Shown here: positions 1 to 10,358 of the stretch, one piece after another
Layout: each line of letters begins with the position of its first letter
Position numbering within the stretch: position 1 is the stretch's first letter
The notes under the pieces: generated by a model
The model's input: the letters and a program-made list of their open reading frames with translations, nothing else
Told to the model about the DNA's origin: nothing
Database searches by the model: none
Position numbers and translations under genes: made by a program
Assembly: GCA_027022365.1 (NCBI GenBank)
Contig: JALVYU010000031.1
Location: 288,001-352,000 of the forward strand
DNA from: Desulfurococcales archaeon
GTDB taxonomy: Archaea; Thermoproteota; Thermoprotei_A; Sulfolobales; Desulfurococcaceae
Direction: 5' to 3'
DNA length: 64,000 bases

Positions 1-856
1 TCTTGAACCCGCACCTCATATAGTAGTCGACAACCTCAGGGTAAGCGTCGAGATAAACTATTTCTAGTCCCGCCTCCCTAAGCTTCCTTAGTGCTTCGGC
101 GAGTAATTTCCGGCCTATCCCCATGCCATGGTACTTCTTCTTAACAGCTAAAGTATAAATATAGCCCGCCTTGACGCCTATTCCTCTAGTCATAAAATCT
201 ACGTATCCTACGGGCTCGCCGTCCAGCATGGCTATGAGGGCCCTGATCCTCCCTGACCTATACATCTTCGCTACGTCAGCCGGACTGATCGGTGTGAACC
301 ATGGATACAGCGAGAAAGCATCATTATAAATACTGGCCACAGCCTCCTCTAAGCCAGGCCTATAATCTATTATCTCAACAACGGGTTCTCCACCGATCCT
401 AATTCTTCTCGGGGCTAACATAATATATGTAGAGTAAATACTGCGCCCAACACCGAGTATTTCCTGGACAGCGCGGTGGAGAATACCGTATTCTGGCCCG
501 GCGAATACCTGGACAATATATGAGTCTTTCTCTAAACCTTTTAGCCTAGTCCATGAGAGCATTATTTCGAGTACATCGATGAATAAACCCCTGGGGAGAC
601 GGGGATCAATATATGGGTTTATTCTAATCCTTCCGTTTCTCCACCATATAAATGCGAATCCGGCGGGCCTACCCATAACATATAGCGTTATGAATTTATC
701 CGGCTCGAACCACGAGGCGTCAAACCATTGTCTTATCATCTCGTCGCCACTCATATCCTCAGCTATCCACGGTATATCATACGATGTAGCCTCACGGTAT
801 ATCTCTGCCAATAAATCGATCCTCCACGGCCTACTAGTATCCGTCAACACGATCAA
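1..856 (-). CDS. GNAT family N-acetyltransferase (3' end runs off the window; absent from ORF track)
   Basis: Manual translation from TTG at 856 after a GGGGGTGAG SD stays open to position 1 and contains IYTLAVKKKYHGMGIGRKLLAEAL (acetyl-CoA motif A) and YYMRCGFK. Confidence 0.85.
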   Translation of the reverse strand, partial: MIVLTDTSRPWRIDLLAEIYREATSYDIPWIAEDMSGDEMIRQWFDASWFEPDKFITLYVMGRPAGFAFIWWRNGRIRINPYIDPRLPRGLFIDVLEIMLSWTRLKGLEKDSYIVQVFAGPEYGILHRAVQEILGVGRSIYSTYIMLAPRRIRIGGEPVVEIIDYRPGLEEAVASIYNDAFSLYPWFTPISPADVAKMYRSGRIRALIAMLDGEPVGYVDFMTRGIGVKAGYIYTLAVKKKYHGMGIGRKLLAEALRKLREAGLEIVYLDAYPEVVDYYMRCGFK

Positions 857-982
857 ATAGTCTCACCCCCTTCACAATTATTGATCACTATCCATGCACT
901 CGAACAGGACAGTCTTGCCTTTACCATAATACAATAATATAATAACAATACGCCATAATTTATTACTCTGAAAAACATTATC

Positions 983-2026
983 TTGAGGCCATCCACCGAT
1001 ATGAGGAAAACAATCAGCGTTGACGAGATAATAAGAGACATATATGTGTCGCCGAGCAAACCAGCCATCAGGCTAGCAAGAAAGTACGGGTACCTCCCCT
1101 ACATGGTTGAACGATACATACGTATTATAGGCCTCAGAGAGACCACTAAGCTCCTGGAGGCTTTCGAGAAACCCCTCGCGCCCGTAATAAGGACAAACAC
1201 AGTCCTTATTGAGCCGGAGAAGCTGACGAAAAAACTGGAAAGCCTTGGCTTCAATCTAGAACCTATAGCCTGGCTCCCCTACGCATTCAGAGTCGTGAGG
1301 GCGCCAAGATCACCTAGTATCGGTAGTACACACGAGTATTTGAAGGGGCTGTATTATGTCCATAGGGATGCAGCCGCACTACTTCCCCCGGTTCTCTTGA
1401 TCGACGACCGCTACGAAGGCGATGCTCTCGATATGTGTGCGGCACCCGGCGGGAAGGCTACACATTTAGCCCAGCTACTATATGGGCGGGGAAGGGTTAT
1501 CGCTAACGATCTTGTGCTCTACAGGATAAAGTCGCTTATAGGCCACGTCATGAGGATGAGGCTAGACAATGTCGATGTGACATGGGCAGACGCCCGTAAA
1601 CTCCCCAGTATAATGAAAAGAAGATTCAAGAGAATACTCCTCGATGCACCATGTAGTGGGGAAGGAACGATAATGTTTGACCCCGGCAGGAAGACCAGGA
1701 CGACGATTAACGATTTAGCTGTGATCGTTAAGCGTGAAATAGAGCTCCTCAATGCAGCCCTAGATATGCTTGAGCCCGGCGGCATCCTTGCCTACTCCAC
1801 ATGTAGTATAGCTCCGGAGGAAAACGAGTATGTGATCTACAGGCTGATGATGATAAGGGATGACTTTGAAATAGTTGAACCGCGCAACAAATTATTTGAA
1901 TGGTCTACATGGCTTACCAGTTATAAGGACATGGATTACCCGGACGACTACATGAAATGTGTGAGGATATGGCCACACAGACACGGAATGATAGGATTCA
2001 CAGTCTGCCTGCTAAGGAAGACCTAG
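983..2026 (+). CDS. RsmB/NOL1/NOP2 family RNA m5C methyltransferase (likely start ATG 1001)
   Basis: LDMCAAPGGKATH, ILLDAPCSGEG and YSTCSIAPEENE motifs. Confidence 0.93.
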   Translation: MRPSTDMRKTISVDEIIRDIYVSPSKPAIRLARKYGYLPYMVERYIRIIGLRETTKLLEAFEKPLAPVIRTNTVLIEPEKLTKKLESLGFNLEPIAWLPYAFRVVRAPRSPSIGSTHEYLKGLYYVHRDAAALLPPVLLIDDRYEGDALDMCAAPGGKATHLAQLLYGRGRVIANDLVLYRIKSLIGHVMRMRLDNVDVTWADARKLPSIMKRRFKRILLDAPCSGEGTIMFDPGRKTRTTINDLAVIVKREIELLNAALDMLEPGGILAYSTCSIAPEENEYVIYRLMMIRDDFEIVEPRNKLFEWSTWLTSYKDMDYPDDYMKCVRIWPHRHGMIGFTVCLLRKT

Positions 2027-2571
2027 CCTAGAGCTCTGAGGAACAAGCCTAGATCGTAGATGTTCCTATAAATCCTCTTCCGTGGATCCCATCGTACGAC
2101 CCCGATTACTCTATAATCACTACTATCGATAACAGCCAATGGATGCTTCTTTGGCCCATAGACTTTCTGTACGCTCACAGGGAGTAGATCATTACCGTAA
2201 AGGAAAGCCTTGACGCCTTTATCCCGGGCTATCACGGCCGCTCTGAACCCGTGCTCCATATATATTTCCTCGTAAAGCACTGGTGATAGGTAGGGATAAT
2301 CATCTATGATAAGTCCTACCCAGCGCCCGCTATAGAGTGTTGTAGCTGGATAAGTATTTCTCCCTTCATGAATGATGCATGTTTTACCGAGGCAAGTCAC
2401 CATGAGGCTATTGCCGATATAGTTGCTTGGATAGGCTCTCAGTGATTTACGAACATAGTTTTTCAGAATGAAGAGATGCCTTCTCGCTAATCTCTTCGAT
2501 TCATAGGTTATTTTTTGTTCTATACCTTGTTTTCTGTACTTCATGGTTTTTACCTGGTTATTCTTATACAT
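2023..2571 (-). CDS. Nip7-like PUA-domain ribosome biogenesis protein
   Basis: KAFLYGNDL motif, C-terminal IYDLGLFLR, adjacent to a Nop2-type methyltransferase. Confidence 0.6.
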   Translation of the reverse strand: MYKNNQVKTMKYRKQGIEQKITYESKRLARRHLFILKNYVRKSLRAYPSNYIGNSLMVTCLGKTCIIHEGRNTYPATTLYSGRWVGLIIDDYPYLSPVLYEEIYMEHGFRAAVIARDKGVKAFLYGNDLLPVSVQKVYGPKKHPLAVIDSSDYRVIGVVRWDPRKRIYRNIYDLGLFLRALG

Positions 2572-2746
2572 ATCTATGTTTTACCCTATATGCGTAGATA
2601 TTTACGATCATATATTTGTCGTCGGTTATTATATAGATGTAAATGTAGATTGTATCCCACTATTTCTACCATAATATTTTATAGTTCCTCATGACACTAC
2701 GTTATCACGAAGTAATTAACACTTTATAATCAATAATAACTCGTTC

Positions 2747-3826
2747 ATGGTGAATAATTTGAGGTTTACCTGGATGTGTAAAGAGCCCGAGAACGTGCCG
2801 GGCCGTTCTAAGACAAAGATATCCATCATTGGCGCAGGCCCGGCCGGACTAGCTGCTGCAGGCTTTCTCGCCTGTAAGGGCTACAGTATAACCATGTATG
2901 ATAAGCAGCCTCTAGCGGGAGGCCTAATGGTCTTCGCAATACCCAAGATAAGGATAAGGGATGAGACAGTATTTGTTGGTGTCGACGAGCTCCGCGACAA
3001 GTTTGGCATAGAGTTTAAGCTCGCCACGAAAGTATTCGCGGATCCGACGCCCAGGAAGGATGAAGGAGAAGAACTAGTCAAGGAGAACTTGCCCCTCAAG
3101 GAGATAATTGAGAAAAGCGACGCCGTAATGATAACAACGGGTACGTGGAGGAGTAGAAGACTAGGTCTACCCGGCGAAGACGGGCCCGGAGTGCTGAGCG
3201 CTCTCGATTTCCTATACGCGATAAGACTCTACGAGAAAGGATTGACAAGCCACAAGCCCAGAATAGGTAGACGTGTAGTAGTAATAGGAGCTGGCCTCAG
3301 CGCCGTGGACGCTGCAATGGAGGCGTGGGACAGGGGTGCACAAGAAGTAATCATCGCCTATAGGAGAACGATCAAGCAGGCCCCGGCAGGAGTCTACGAG
3401 ATAAACCAGCTGATCAGGAAGGGCATAAAATGGATCGAGCTGGCAAGCCCCCTTGAGATAATACGTGAGAATGGCGTGGTGAAAGCAATAAAGCTCCAGA
3501 GGATGAGGCTCGGAGAACCGGATGCAAGTGGAAGGCCAAGGCCAATACCAATACCGGGGAGCGAGTTCACCCTTGAGGCAGATACCGTGATCCTAGCGGT
3601 GGGCGAGCTCGCGACACCACCGTTTGAGAAGGAGAATCTCGGCATAACTGTTGATAGGAAAGGGAGGATACAAGTCGATCAGTACTATAGGACCACGAAC
3701 CCGAAGGTATGGGCAGCTGGAGATGTTGTCACGGGGCCTAGCTTCATCGGCAATGCTGTGAAGACCGCCTTATATGCTGCGAAGGCCATGCATATCCACT
3801 TAAGTGGGAAGAAATTACTGTATTAG
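2747..3826 (+). CDS. GltD-like FAD/NAD(P)H oxidoreductase lacking the N-terminal Fe-S domain
   Basis: IIGAGPAGL, VVVIGAGLSAVDAA, IAYRR, GEPDASGRPRP and WAAGDVVTGP motifs. Confidence 0.9.
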   Translation: MVNNLRFTWMCKEPENVPGRSKTKISIIGAGPAGLAAAGFLACKGYSITMYDKQPLAGGLMVFAIPKIRIRDETVFVGVDELRDKFGIEFKLATKVFADPTPRKDEGEELVKENLPLKEIIEKSDAVMITTGTWRSRRLGLPGEDGPGVLSALDFLYAIRLYEKGLTSHKPRIGRRVVVIGAGLSAVDAAMEAWDRGAQEVIIAYRRTIKQAPAGVYEINQLIRKGIKWIELASPLEIIRENGVVKAIKLQRMRLGEPDASGRPRPIPIPGSEFTLEADTVILAVGELATPPFEKENLGITVDRKGRIQVDQYYRTTNPKVWAAGDVVTGPSFIGNAVKTALYAAKAMHIHLSGKKLLY

Positions 3827-3930
3827 TACTTGTTTTTGACCAGGTTTACAATACATTAGAATCTGTATGTTACAAAATAAGTATATAATACGTAATAAAC
3901 AAAGTTCAAAACCTGGGATGGAGGAGAACC

Positions 3931-4449
3931 GTGATGGCGGAAGAAGGGGTTAAGGGGAGGAACACTTTCCTAAGGTATATTGATCTCGATAAGTGCATGG
4001 GATGCTACACCTGCCAGGCCGTTTGTGACTTCATACATGATGGGAAACCCTATATAATCGTCTACGAGACGAGCATCGGGCTGAAAACACCTATCTCTTG
4101 TATGCACTGTAGCCGTGCTCCATGTGTAGAGGTATGCCCGACAGGGGCCATGACGCGGGATGAGAGCGGCGCGGTCTATGTTGATACAATGAAATGCATT
4201 GGCTGTATGGCTTGCCTATATGCCTGTCCTTTTGGGATACCGGAGCTAGACCCTGAGCTGAGAGTTGCGACAAAATGTGATCTCTGTAGGCCGTTGAGGA
4301 AGCAGGGCCTAGACCCCGCTTGCTACGCGATGTGCCCAGCCGAGGCAATAATCTACGGCGAGACGAAAGAGGTAGCAGACAAGATTAAAAGGAGGAAAGC
4401 TGAGCAGCTCGTCCGTGCCAAGATGCTGGACTATTTTCCCAGTGCATAA
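3931..4449 (+). CDS. 4x[4Fe-4S] electron-transfer subunit (HycB/HyfA/DmsB-like)
   Basis: CMGCYTCQAVC, CMHCSRAPCVEVCP, CIGCMACLYACP and KCDLC...PACYAMCP. Confidence 0.92.
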   Translation: MMAEEGVKGRNTFLRYIDLDKCMGCYTCQAVCDFIHDGKPYIIVYETSIGLKTPISCMHCSRAPCVEVCPTGAMTRDESGAVYVDTMKCIGCMACLYACPFGIPELDPELRVATKCDLCRPLRKQGLDPACYAMCPAEAIIYGETKEVADKIKRRKAEQLVRAKMLDYFPSA

Positions 4450-4490
4450 TACTTATTGTTTTCAGCCTATGAGGCCAACCGGGATCAACG

Positions 4491-5966
4491 ATGTTAAGCC
4501 TTGAGTACTTCGTGTTATTTACGATCATTTCTTATATACTCATATTTATACCTATTAAGAACAAGGCTCTACAGATCGTTCTACGCATAACCTCATATCT
4601 ATTAATACTGGCCGCAATACCTTTCGGTTTTCTCGATTTCCTATCACTTATTTTCTTAGGTTTAGCGATCCCTGTAAGTCTTCTCACAAGCCTCTACAAT
4701 CTCTGGTATGGAGAGGCGAAGTACAGGGGCAAGAACCTGCAGGGCTTGATAGATGTCTTCAACTTATCGATCATATATACTTTCGCGGCACCCAACATGA
4801 TAGCCTTCATATCCCTCTGGACGCTGTCCGAGATAGTGGGTTTCCTACTGGTAAGCTTTGAGGGCGGCGACGAAGCATTCCGCGCTGGCTACAGGTTCTT
4901 CTTTCTCAAGAGCATGACATTCGAGCTGAGCGCTCTCACAGCCGTGATAATACTTGCTTATCACATAGGAATAGTTAATGCCCTGCTACTTCCGTTCGAC
5001 AAGCTACAGCCGATCAATATCGGGCTTATCTACTCGACACTAACGATTATCGGGTTCACGACCACCGCGGCCATAGCACCCTTCCATTTCTGGCTGCCAC
5101 ACGCACACAGCACAGCCCCGAGCAGCGGCTCAGCCGTGCTCAGCGGATTAACGGTGAAGATGGGGTTCTACGCCATCATTAGATTTGCGGGATTCTTTAA
5201 CTATCCGTCGAGTCTATGGTACATCATACTGGGGCTCAGTGCCGTGACGGCCTTCTACGGCTTCACAGTCCTCTTGGGTCAGAGGGATATCAAGAGACTC
5301 CTCGCCTACAGCACTATGGGCAATACAGGATTCATGATGGTGTTGCTAGCCATATATGCGCTGACAAACAATAATCTCGTATTCTACGCACTAATAGCGA
5401 ACATCTATGCCCATGGACTCTACAAGGCGAGCCTGTTCTTGAATACCGGCACAATACTTGTCCTCGCCCACACCCGCGACATGACGAGGTTGTCGGCCCT
5501 TGCAGCCTTCACGCCCACCAGTAGTCTCGGAGTCTTACTGACTGTATTGAGCGTGATAGGGGTTCCACCAACAATCGGCTTTACGGGCAAGCTATTAGCG
5601 ATAATTGCCTTAATAACGATCCAGTCGAAATCGCTGGAAATACTGGGCCTAGTGGTCACAGCCTACGCCATATTGGTTAGCATAGTCTACGGCTTCAATA
5701 TCATGGGTATTCATTGGAGAGCCGGCACAATAGGTTTCAAGCCGCGCAGCATACCAATGTATCCTCAAATAATAGAGCTCATACTTTCCACGCTTAGTAT
5801 TATTTATGGAATAGTCCTACTCATGTTCTTCAACCTTGGAGCCCTACAAGTCCTAGTAATAATAAACTCCTTTAGCCTCCTCCTAGTCCTCGGGCTTGTA
5901 GCTGTCTTCTACTACAACATAAAGCCGAGACTATCAAGGGAGCTGAGCGTATATGCCGGCGCCTGA
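4491..5966 (+). CDS. Hydrogenase-4-type proton-translocating membrane subunit (HyfB/NuoL/MrpD family)
   Basis: Very hydrophobic; PFHFWLPHAHSTAPS, SGLTVKMG, DIKRLLAYST. Confidence 0.9.
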   Translation: MLSLEYFVLFTIISYILIFIPIKNKALQIVLRITSYLLILAAIPFGFLDFLSLIFLGLAIPVSLLTSLYNLWYGEAKYRGKNLQGLIDVFNLSIIYTFAAPNMIAFISLWTLSEIVGFLLVSFEGGDEAFRAGYRFFFLKSMTFELSALTAVIILAYHIGIVNALLLPFDKLQPINIGLIYSTLTIIGFTTTAAIAPFHFWLPHAHSTAPSSGSAVLSGLTVKMGFYAIIRFAGFFNYPSSLWYIILGLSAVTAFYGFTVLLGQRDIKRLLAYSTMGNTGFMMVLLAIYALTNNNLVFYALIANIYAHGLYKASLFLNTGTILVLAHTRDMTRLSALAAFTPTSSLGVLLTVLSVIGVPPTIGFTGKLLAIIALITIQSKSLEILGLVVTAYAILVSIVYGFNIMGIHWRAGTIGFKPRSIPMYPQIIELILSTLSIIYGIVLLMFFNLGALQVLVIINSFSLLLVLGLVAVFYYNIKPRLSRELSVYAGA

Positions 5967-7512
5967 CCCGTTTCAGGGCCTCACAGCCATACTTGGCATT
6001 AAGTACGTGTTGTTGTTAGTGGCTATTGCCCCGCTAATAGCTGGTAGCCTACTAGTGGACGGGATGAGGAGACTGGGCCGTGGGCTCAGGTTGTTCGCTT
6101 ATTCCTTCATGATATTCCTCGCCATAGCAGATTATCTGTGGCTACACATACTTCTACCGCTATCATACCCGTTCCTCGTACTACTCGGCGCTGTGGGCTT
6201 AGCCATCACGCTTTACACGGAAGGATACTCAAGAGTACTACTAGGCATGGCCCGCCCCCTACAGATCATCGTGGAGATACTCTCGGTCTCACTTCTCCTC
6301 CTATTCACCTCGACACTCCTCATAGAATTTGTAATGTACTGGATACTAACGGAGCTCATAGGCTTCATCATAATCATATTTGATGGGACAAGGGAGTCCT
6401 GGAGAGCAGCGATTACCTATCTCGTGATAGGTGCATTGACAGCCGATTTCAGCCTCTTCACCCTACTAGCGGTGGTGGCGGAGAAGGTCGGCTTGACTGC
6501 TCTCTTTTCAATGACCCTCCAAGCGGTCATGTTTCAAGGCATACATGTCGGGCCGTTCTTGACTATATTGATACTGCTTGGATTCATAGCAAAATCAGCG
6601 CTTGTCCCCCTGCATTTCTGGCTCCCAGAAGCGTACACGCTTGCCCCTAGTCCTGCCTCGGCGAGTTTCAGTGGGATCATGGAGAAGATGAGTATTTTTG
6701 GAGTACTCTTAGTGACTAGATTGGTCGGGCTCGACCCACGGGTCACTATTGGCTTATTCTTAGGGCTTGGAACCATAACGATATTTTACGCGGCAACACA
6801 AGCTATGCTGCAGACCGACGCTAAGAAGCTGTTAAGCTATAGTACGATGGCTTACAGCGGTTGCCTCATGACGCTCCTAGCACTATACCTTGCATCCGGC
6901 ATGAGCTTCACAATGTACCTAGCCATAATATTCCTAATGTTTGCTCATGGCTTATCTAAGAGCCTCTTATTCCTCAATGCTGGGACCATGGAGATACTAG
7001 CTAACACCCGCGAGATATATAGACTAGGATACCTTGCTAGGATAGACCGCAACGGCGCTTTCTCGATCGTTATTGGCGGGATAAGCCTACTGGGAGTCCC
7101 CTCGACGATAGGATTTGTCGGGAAGCTCTACGCTATAATAGCTTTGATCACCACGTATTTCAGCGTGGGATCAATAGTTCTTCCAGCAATAGTGGCATTC
7201 ATCTATTTATCATCGACAGGCATAGTCTACACTCTAAAGTATCTCGGCTGCTATTATGGAGGCTATAAACCCCTTATAAGTGGTGTAGAGAAATACTACC
7301 TTCTAGACCTAGGTGAAGCGCTTGGCGTTGCATCGATAATAGTGTTCGGTGCAGCGAGCTCAATATACTTGTATCTGCTAGGTCTAACACCATACATTAT
7401 AGTGGCTAACCTTGCCATGCTGGCGATCCTCGGTGTAATGCTCTACATTGTGAGGAAGAAGGGGATACAGTACCGTGAAGACGAGCCCTGGCTGGGAGGT
7501 GCATACCCGTGA
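5953..7512 (+). CDS. Second proton-translocating membrane subunit (HyfB/HycC-like)
   Basis: KSALVPLHFWLPEAYTLAPSPAS, DAKKLLSYST, HGLSKSLLFL. Confidence 0.9.
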   Translation: MPAPDPFQGLTAILGIKYVLLLVAIAPLIAGSLLVDGMRRLGRGLRLFAYSFMIFLAIADYLWLHILLPLSYPFLVLLGAVGLAITLYTEGYSRVLLGMARPLQIIVEILSVSLLLLFTSTLLIEFVMYWILTELIGFIIIIFDGTRESWRAAITYLVIGALTADFSLFTLLAVVAEKVGLTALFSMTLQAVMFQGIHVGPFLTILILLGFIAKSALVPLHFWLPEAYTLAPSPASASFSGIMEKMSIFGVLLVTRLVGLDPRVTIGLFLGLGTITIFYAATQAMLQTDAKKLLSYSTMAYSGCLMTLLALYLASGMSFTMYLAIIFLMFAHGLSKSLLFLNAGTMEILANTREIYRLGYLARIDRNGAFSIVIGGISLLGVPSTIGFVGKLYAIIALITTYFSVGSIVLPAIVAFIYLSSTGIVYTLKYLGCYYGGYKPLISGVEKYYLLDLGEALGVASIIVFGAASSIYLYLLGLTPYIIVANLAMLAILGVMLYIVRKKGIQYREDEPWLGGAYP

Positions 7513-7814
7513 GCTATACCCGGGCTTCAATAGTTTATGGTATCGATAAGTTGTTGGAGAAGATTAAGAAGGGAGTCGCTAAGCTAAAGGGCCCTATCGG
7601 CAGGATAGCGGCGACCATCGTCGTTGCACCCGTCATCCTTGGACAGAAAACGGAGAACGCGATCATATCATTCTCTAATAAGCTGGCCCGGAAGATCAAC
7701 GAGGCCCAGAGAAGCCTCGAGGAAAGCCTAACAATGGCGAGCCTCTATATAGGCTTCCTCATGACAACAGCAATAGTGCTTGCAACGGTGATCATGTATG
7801 TGGCTGGCCATTAG
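7509..7814 (+). CDS. Small membrane-anchored subunit, probably the detached C-terminal segment of a HyfB-like protein
   Basis: GTGA overlap with the upstream gene, GGAGGTG SD, amphipathic region followed by a C-terminal TM helix. Confidence 0.65.
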   Translation: MSYTRASIVYGIDKLLEKIKKGVAKLKGPIGRIAATIVVAPVILGQKTENAIISFSNKLARKINEAQRSLEESLTMASLYIGFLMTTAIVLATVIMYVAGH

Positions 7815-8703
7815 CCTCTACATAGTGTTCCTGCTGGTCTTCCTGCTCATACCGCCGCTCTATGACGGTATTGAGAGGAAGATACGTGCTAAGCTACACA
7901 GCCGTATAGGTCCTCCAACCCTGCTCCAGACTTGGTACGATATACTTAAACTGTTCAAGAAAGAACTAGTGATAACCGATACTGGTTTGGCCTCGGTGCT
8001 CTTATCAGGCCTCCTAATAGCGACAGTTATAATCACAGCATCCACTCTCCCGCTAGGCTTCAGCACGCCTATAACCAGCAGTGGATCCAGCCTTGTCCTA
8101 TTCACAGTACTCTTGATCGGGTGTCAGCTCCTATGGGTCAGTCTGACCCTAACGCCCGGTAATCCATATGCTACTATAGGTGTTTTCAGGGAAGCCTTGA
8201 TCGGTATGATCAATGAGTTCTTCCTTGTGATGGGCCTCGTGGCCTTGATGTTCTATACCGGTTCGCCAAGCTTTGATGGGATGATATGGGCGAGGCCTAG
8301 TTTAACATACTTGCTTATCTTTATCCTCTTAGCTGTATCAGCCTTTATCGGGTCAGGCAGAATACCGTATGACATCGCTGAGGCTGAGCCGGAGCTCGCT
8401 AGCGGCGTTCTCATAGAGTTCTCTGGCCCCCTCCTAGGTATAACCTTGTATAGCCATTACCTGAAGCGGGCTATACTCTACGGGTTATTGGCTGACATGA
8501 TATTATTGCCTCTAACAAGGATCATCGGGGTAGCGGTGTCCGCATTAATTTATCCAGTCATGGTTCTCGCAATATGGATAGTGTTCGCCGTGATAAGCGT
8601 TATGCTTGGCAGGACACGTGTCGATATAGCCCCCAGATCCATGCTTAAGATCTATATTCCATTAACGATCGCCATGCTAATCGCATGGCTAGCAGGAGTG
8701 TGA
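7798..8703 (+). CDS. Hydrogenase membrane subunit, HycD/HyfC/NuoH family
   Basis: GIERKIRAKLHSRIGPP, YDILKLFKKE, RIPYDIAEAEPEL. Confidence 0.92.
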   Translation: MWLAISLYIVFLLVFLLIPPLYDGIERKIRAKLHSRIGPPTLLQTWYDILKLFKKELVITDTGLASVLLSGLLIATVIITASTLPLGFSTPITSSGSSLVLFTVLLIGCQLLWVSLTLTPGNPYATIGVFREALIGMINEFFLVMGLVALMFYTGSPSFDGMIWARPSLTYLLIFILLAVSAFIGSGRIPYDIAEAEPELASGVLIEFSGPLLGITLYSHYLKRAILYGLLADMILLPLTRIIGVAVSALIYPVMVLAIWIVFAVISVMLGRTRVDIAPRSMLKIYIPLTIAMLIAWLAGV

Positions 8704-8708
8704 TCATT

Positions 8709-10358
8709 ATGAGCGTCGAAGAAATACTGGATATAATTAGAGAGAAGCTCGGAGGCATAGCCGAGGACATAAGGTACGTGGAGTCAGCAGGAATAATAGT
8801 GCGCGTGAAGCCAGTCAATTTGCGCGAGGCCTCACATATAGTACATGATGTATTGGATGCCTACTTCAGGACGATGATGGCTGTTGATGAGCGCCCGATA
8901 AACAATACTTTTGCCGCATACTATGTGTATGGCCTAGACGATAAAGGCATAAACATCATCATAGAGACACATGCAGATCCATACACGCCTGTGCTCCCAA
9001 GCATAGCGGACATTGTGCCCGCCGCAGACTGGTATGAGCTAGAAGCATGGGATCTCCTCGGTATAAGGTTCAAGGACAGGAAGCTCTATAGATTCGTTCT
9101 ACCGGACGACTGGCCCGAAGGCCTATATCCTCTGAGGAAGGATGTCGACTACACTGCGCGTCCAAGCCCGAGGATAACCTATAAGCCACCCCTCCAGGGC
9201 CCGAGGCTACCGGTTGGCCCGTATCACCCAGCGCTCCACGAGCCCGAGTACTTCGAGCTATTCGTTGAGGGGGAAAGAGTAGTAGATGTGGAGTACAACG
9301 GCTTCCACGTACACCGCGGCATCGAGAAGCTGGCTGAGAGCCCGAGGTTCACATACCAGAAGGTCCCGTTCCTAGCTGAGCGTATATGTGGTATATGCGG
9401 CTTCGTCCACAGCGTAGCCTATACGCTGAGCGTTGAAAACGCTGCAAAAATAGAGGTTCCGGAGCGGGCGCAGTATATCCGCAGTATCGTCCTCGAGGTG
9501 GAGAGGCTTCACAGCCACCTGCTCTGGCTTGGAGTAGCCTGCCACCTCTTAGGCTACGACGCGGGCTTCATGCATTCTTGGAGGATCCGTGAGAAAGTAA
9601 TGGTACTAGCCGAGCTCCTCACAGGCAGCAGGAAGACCTATGGCATAAACCTTGTGGGCGGCGTGAGGAAGGATATCAACATGGACAAGATAACTGCAAT
9701 AAGGAACACGCTCGCATGGCTCCGCAGCGAGTTCGCTAAGCTAGCAGACCTGGTGACGAGCGTCCCCCAGATAGTTAGGAGGGCTAGGGGTACAGGAGTA
9801 CTGCCCAGAGATGAGGCGAGGAAGCTGAGCGTAGTCGGGCCTGTTGCAAGGGCTTCCGGGCTGGACAGGGATGTCAGGCGTGACTACCCGTACTGCGCTT
9901 ACAAGGACGTGTCATTCAGGGTGCCGGTCTATACTGAGGGCGATAACCTCGCGAGATTAATGGTCAGGGTTGAAGAAATCTTTGAGTCCATGGACATAAT
10001 AGATCAGCTACTAGACAAGCTGCCGGGTGGATCGATAATGGCTGAGAAGATAGAGGTGCCGGAGGGACTCATAGGCATTGGCAACGTGGAGGCGCCTCGT
10101 GGAGAAGACATACATGTCGTAATAACCGGGCGGGGCAGACCATATCGTTGGAGGGTCCGCGCACCAACATATCAGAACATCCCGGCCCTTAAGGTCATGC
10201 TACGGGACACGCCCCTAGCGGATGCGCCTCTGACGATCGCCAGCATAGATCCTTGTTTCTCGTGCACTGATAGAATAGTAGTGATCGATCTAAAGACGGG
10301 CAAGAAGGAGAAGCTACAAACAGTATCAATACCTGGTGGATGCGGGTGTGAGATATGA
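8709..10358 (+). CDS. hycE: Group 4 [NiFe]-hydrogenase large subunit (HycE-like NuoC/D fusion); ORF open from 8685
   Basis: L1 AERICGIC and L2 DPCFSCTDR Ni-binding motifs; GPYHPALHEP; HRGIEKLAE. Confidence 0.93.
   Translation: MSVEEILDIIREKLGGIAEDIRYVESAGIIVRVKPVNLREASHIVHDVLDAYFRTMMAVDERPINNTFAAYYVYGLDDKGINIIIETHADPYTPVLPSIADIVPAADWYELEAWDLLGIRFKDRKLYRFVLPDDWPEGLYPLRKDVDYTARPSPRITYKPPLQGPRLPVGPYHPALHEPEYFELFVEGERVVDVEYNGFHVHRGIEKLAESPRFTYQKVPFLAERICGICGFVHSVAYTLSVENAAKIEVPERAQYIRSIVLEVERLHSHLLWLGVACHLLGYDAGFMHSWRIREKVMVLAELLTGSRKTYGINLVGGVRKDINMDKITAIRNTLAWLRSEFAKLADLVTSVPQIVRRARGTGVLPRDEARKLSVVGPVARASGLDRDVRRDYPYCAYKDVSFRVPVYTEGDNLARLMVRVEEIFESMDIIDQLLDKLPGGSIMAEKIEVPEGLIGIGNVEAPRGEDIHVVITGRGRPYRWRVRAPTYQNIPALKVMLRDTPLADAPLTIASIDPCFSCTDRIVVIDLKTGKKEKLQTVSIPGGCGCEI

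Noticed and set aside
3904-3912. GTT-N3-AAC (SurR-type site) upstream of the hydrogenase Fe-S gene
   Set aside because: Only 6 informative bases, it also occurs near 18936 by unrelated genes, and SurR is characterised in Thermococcales
10330-10358. GGCGC di-cysteine tail on HycE
   Set aside because: It lies in the normally cleaved C-terminal extension and is explained by the overlapping G-rich SD region of hycF
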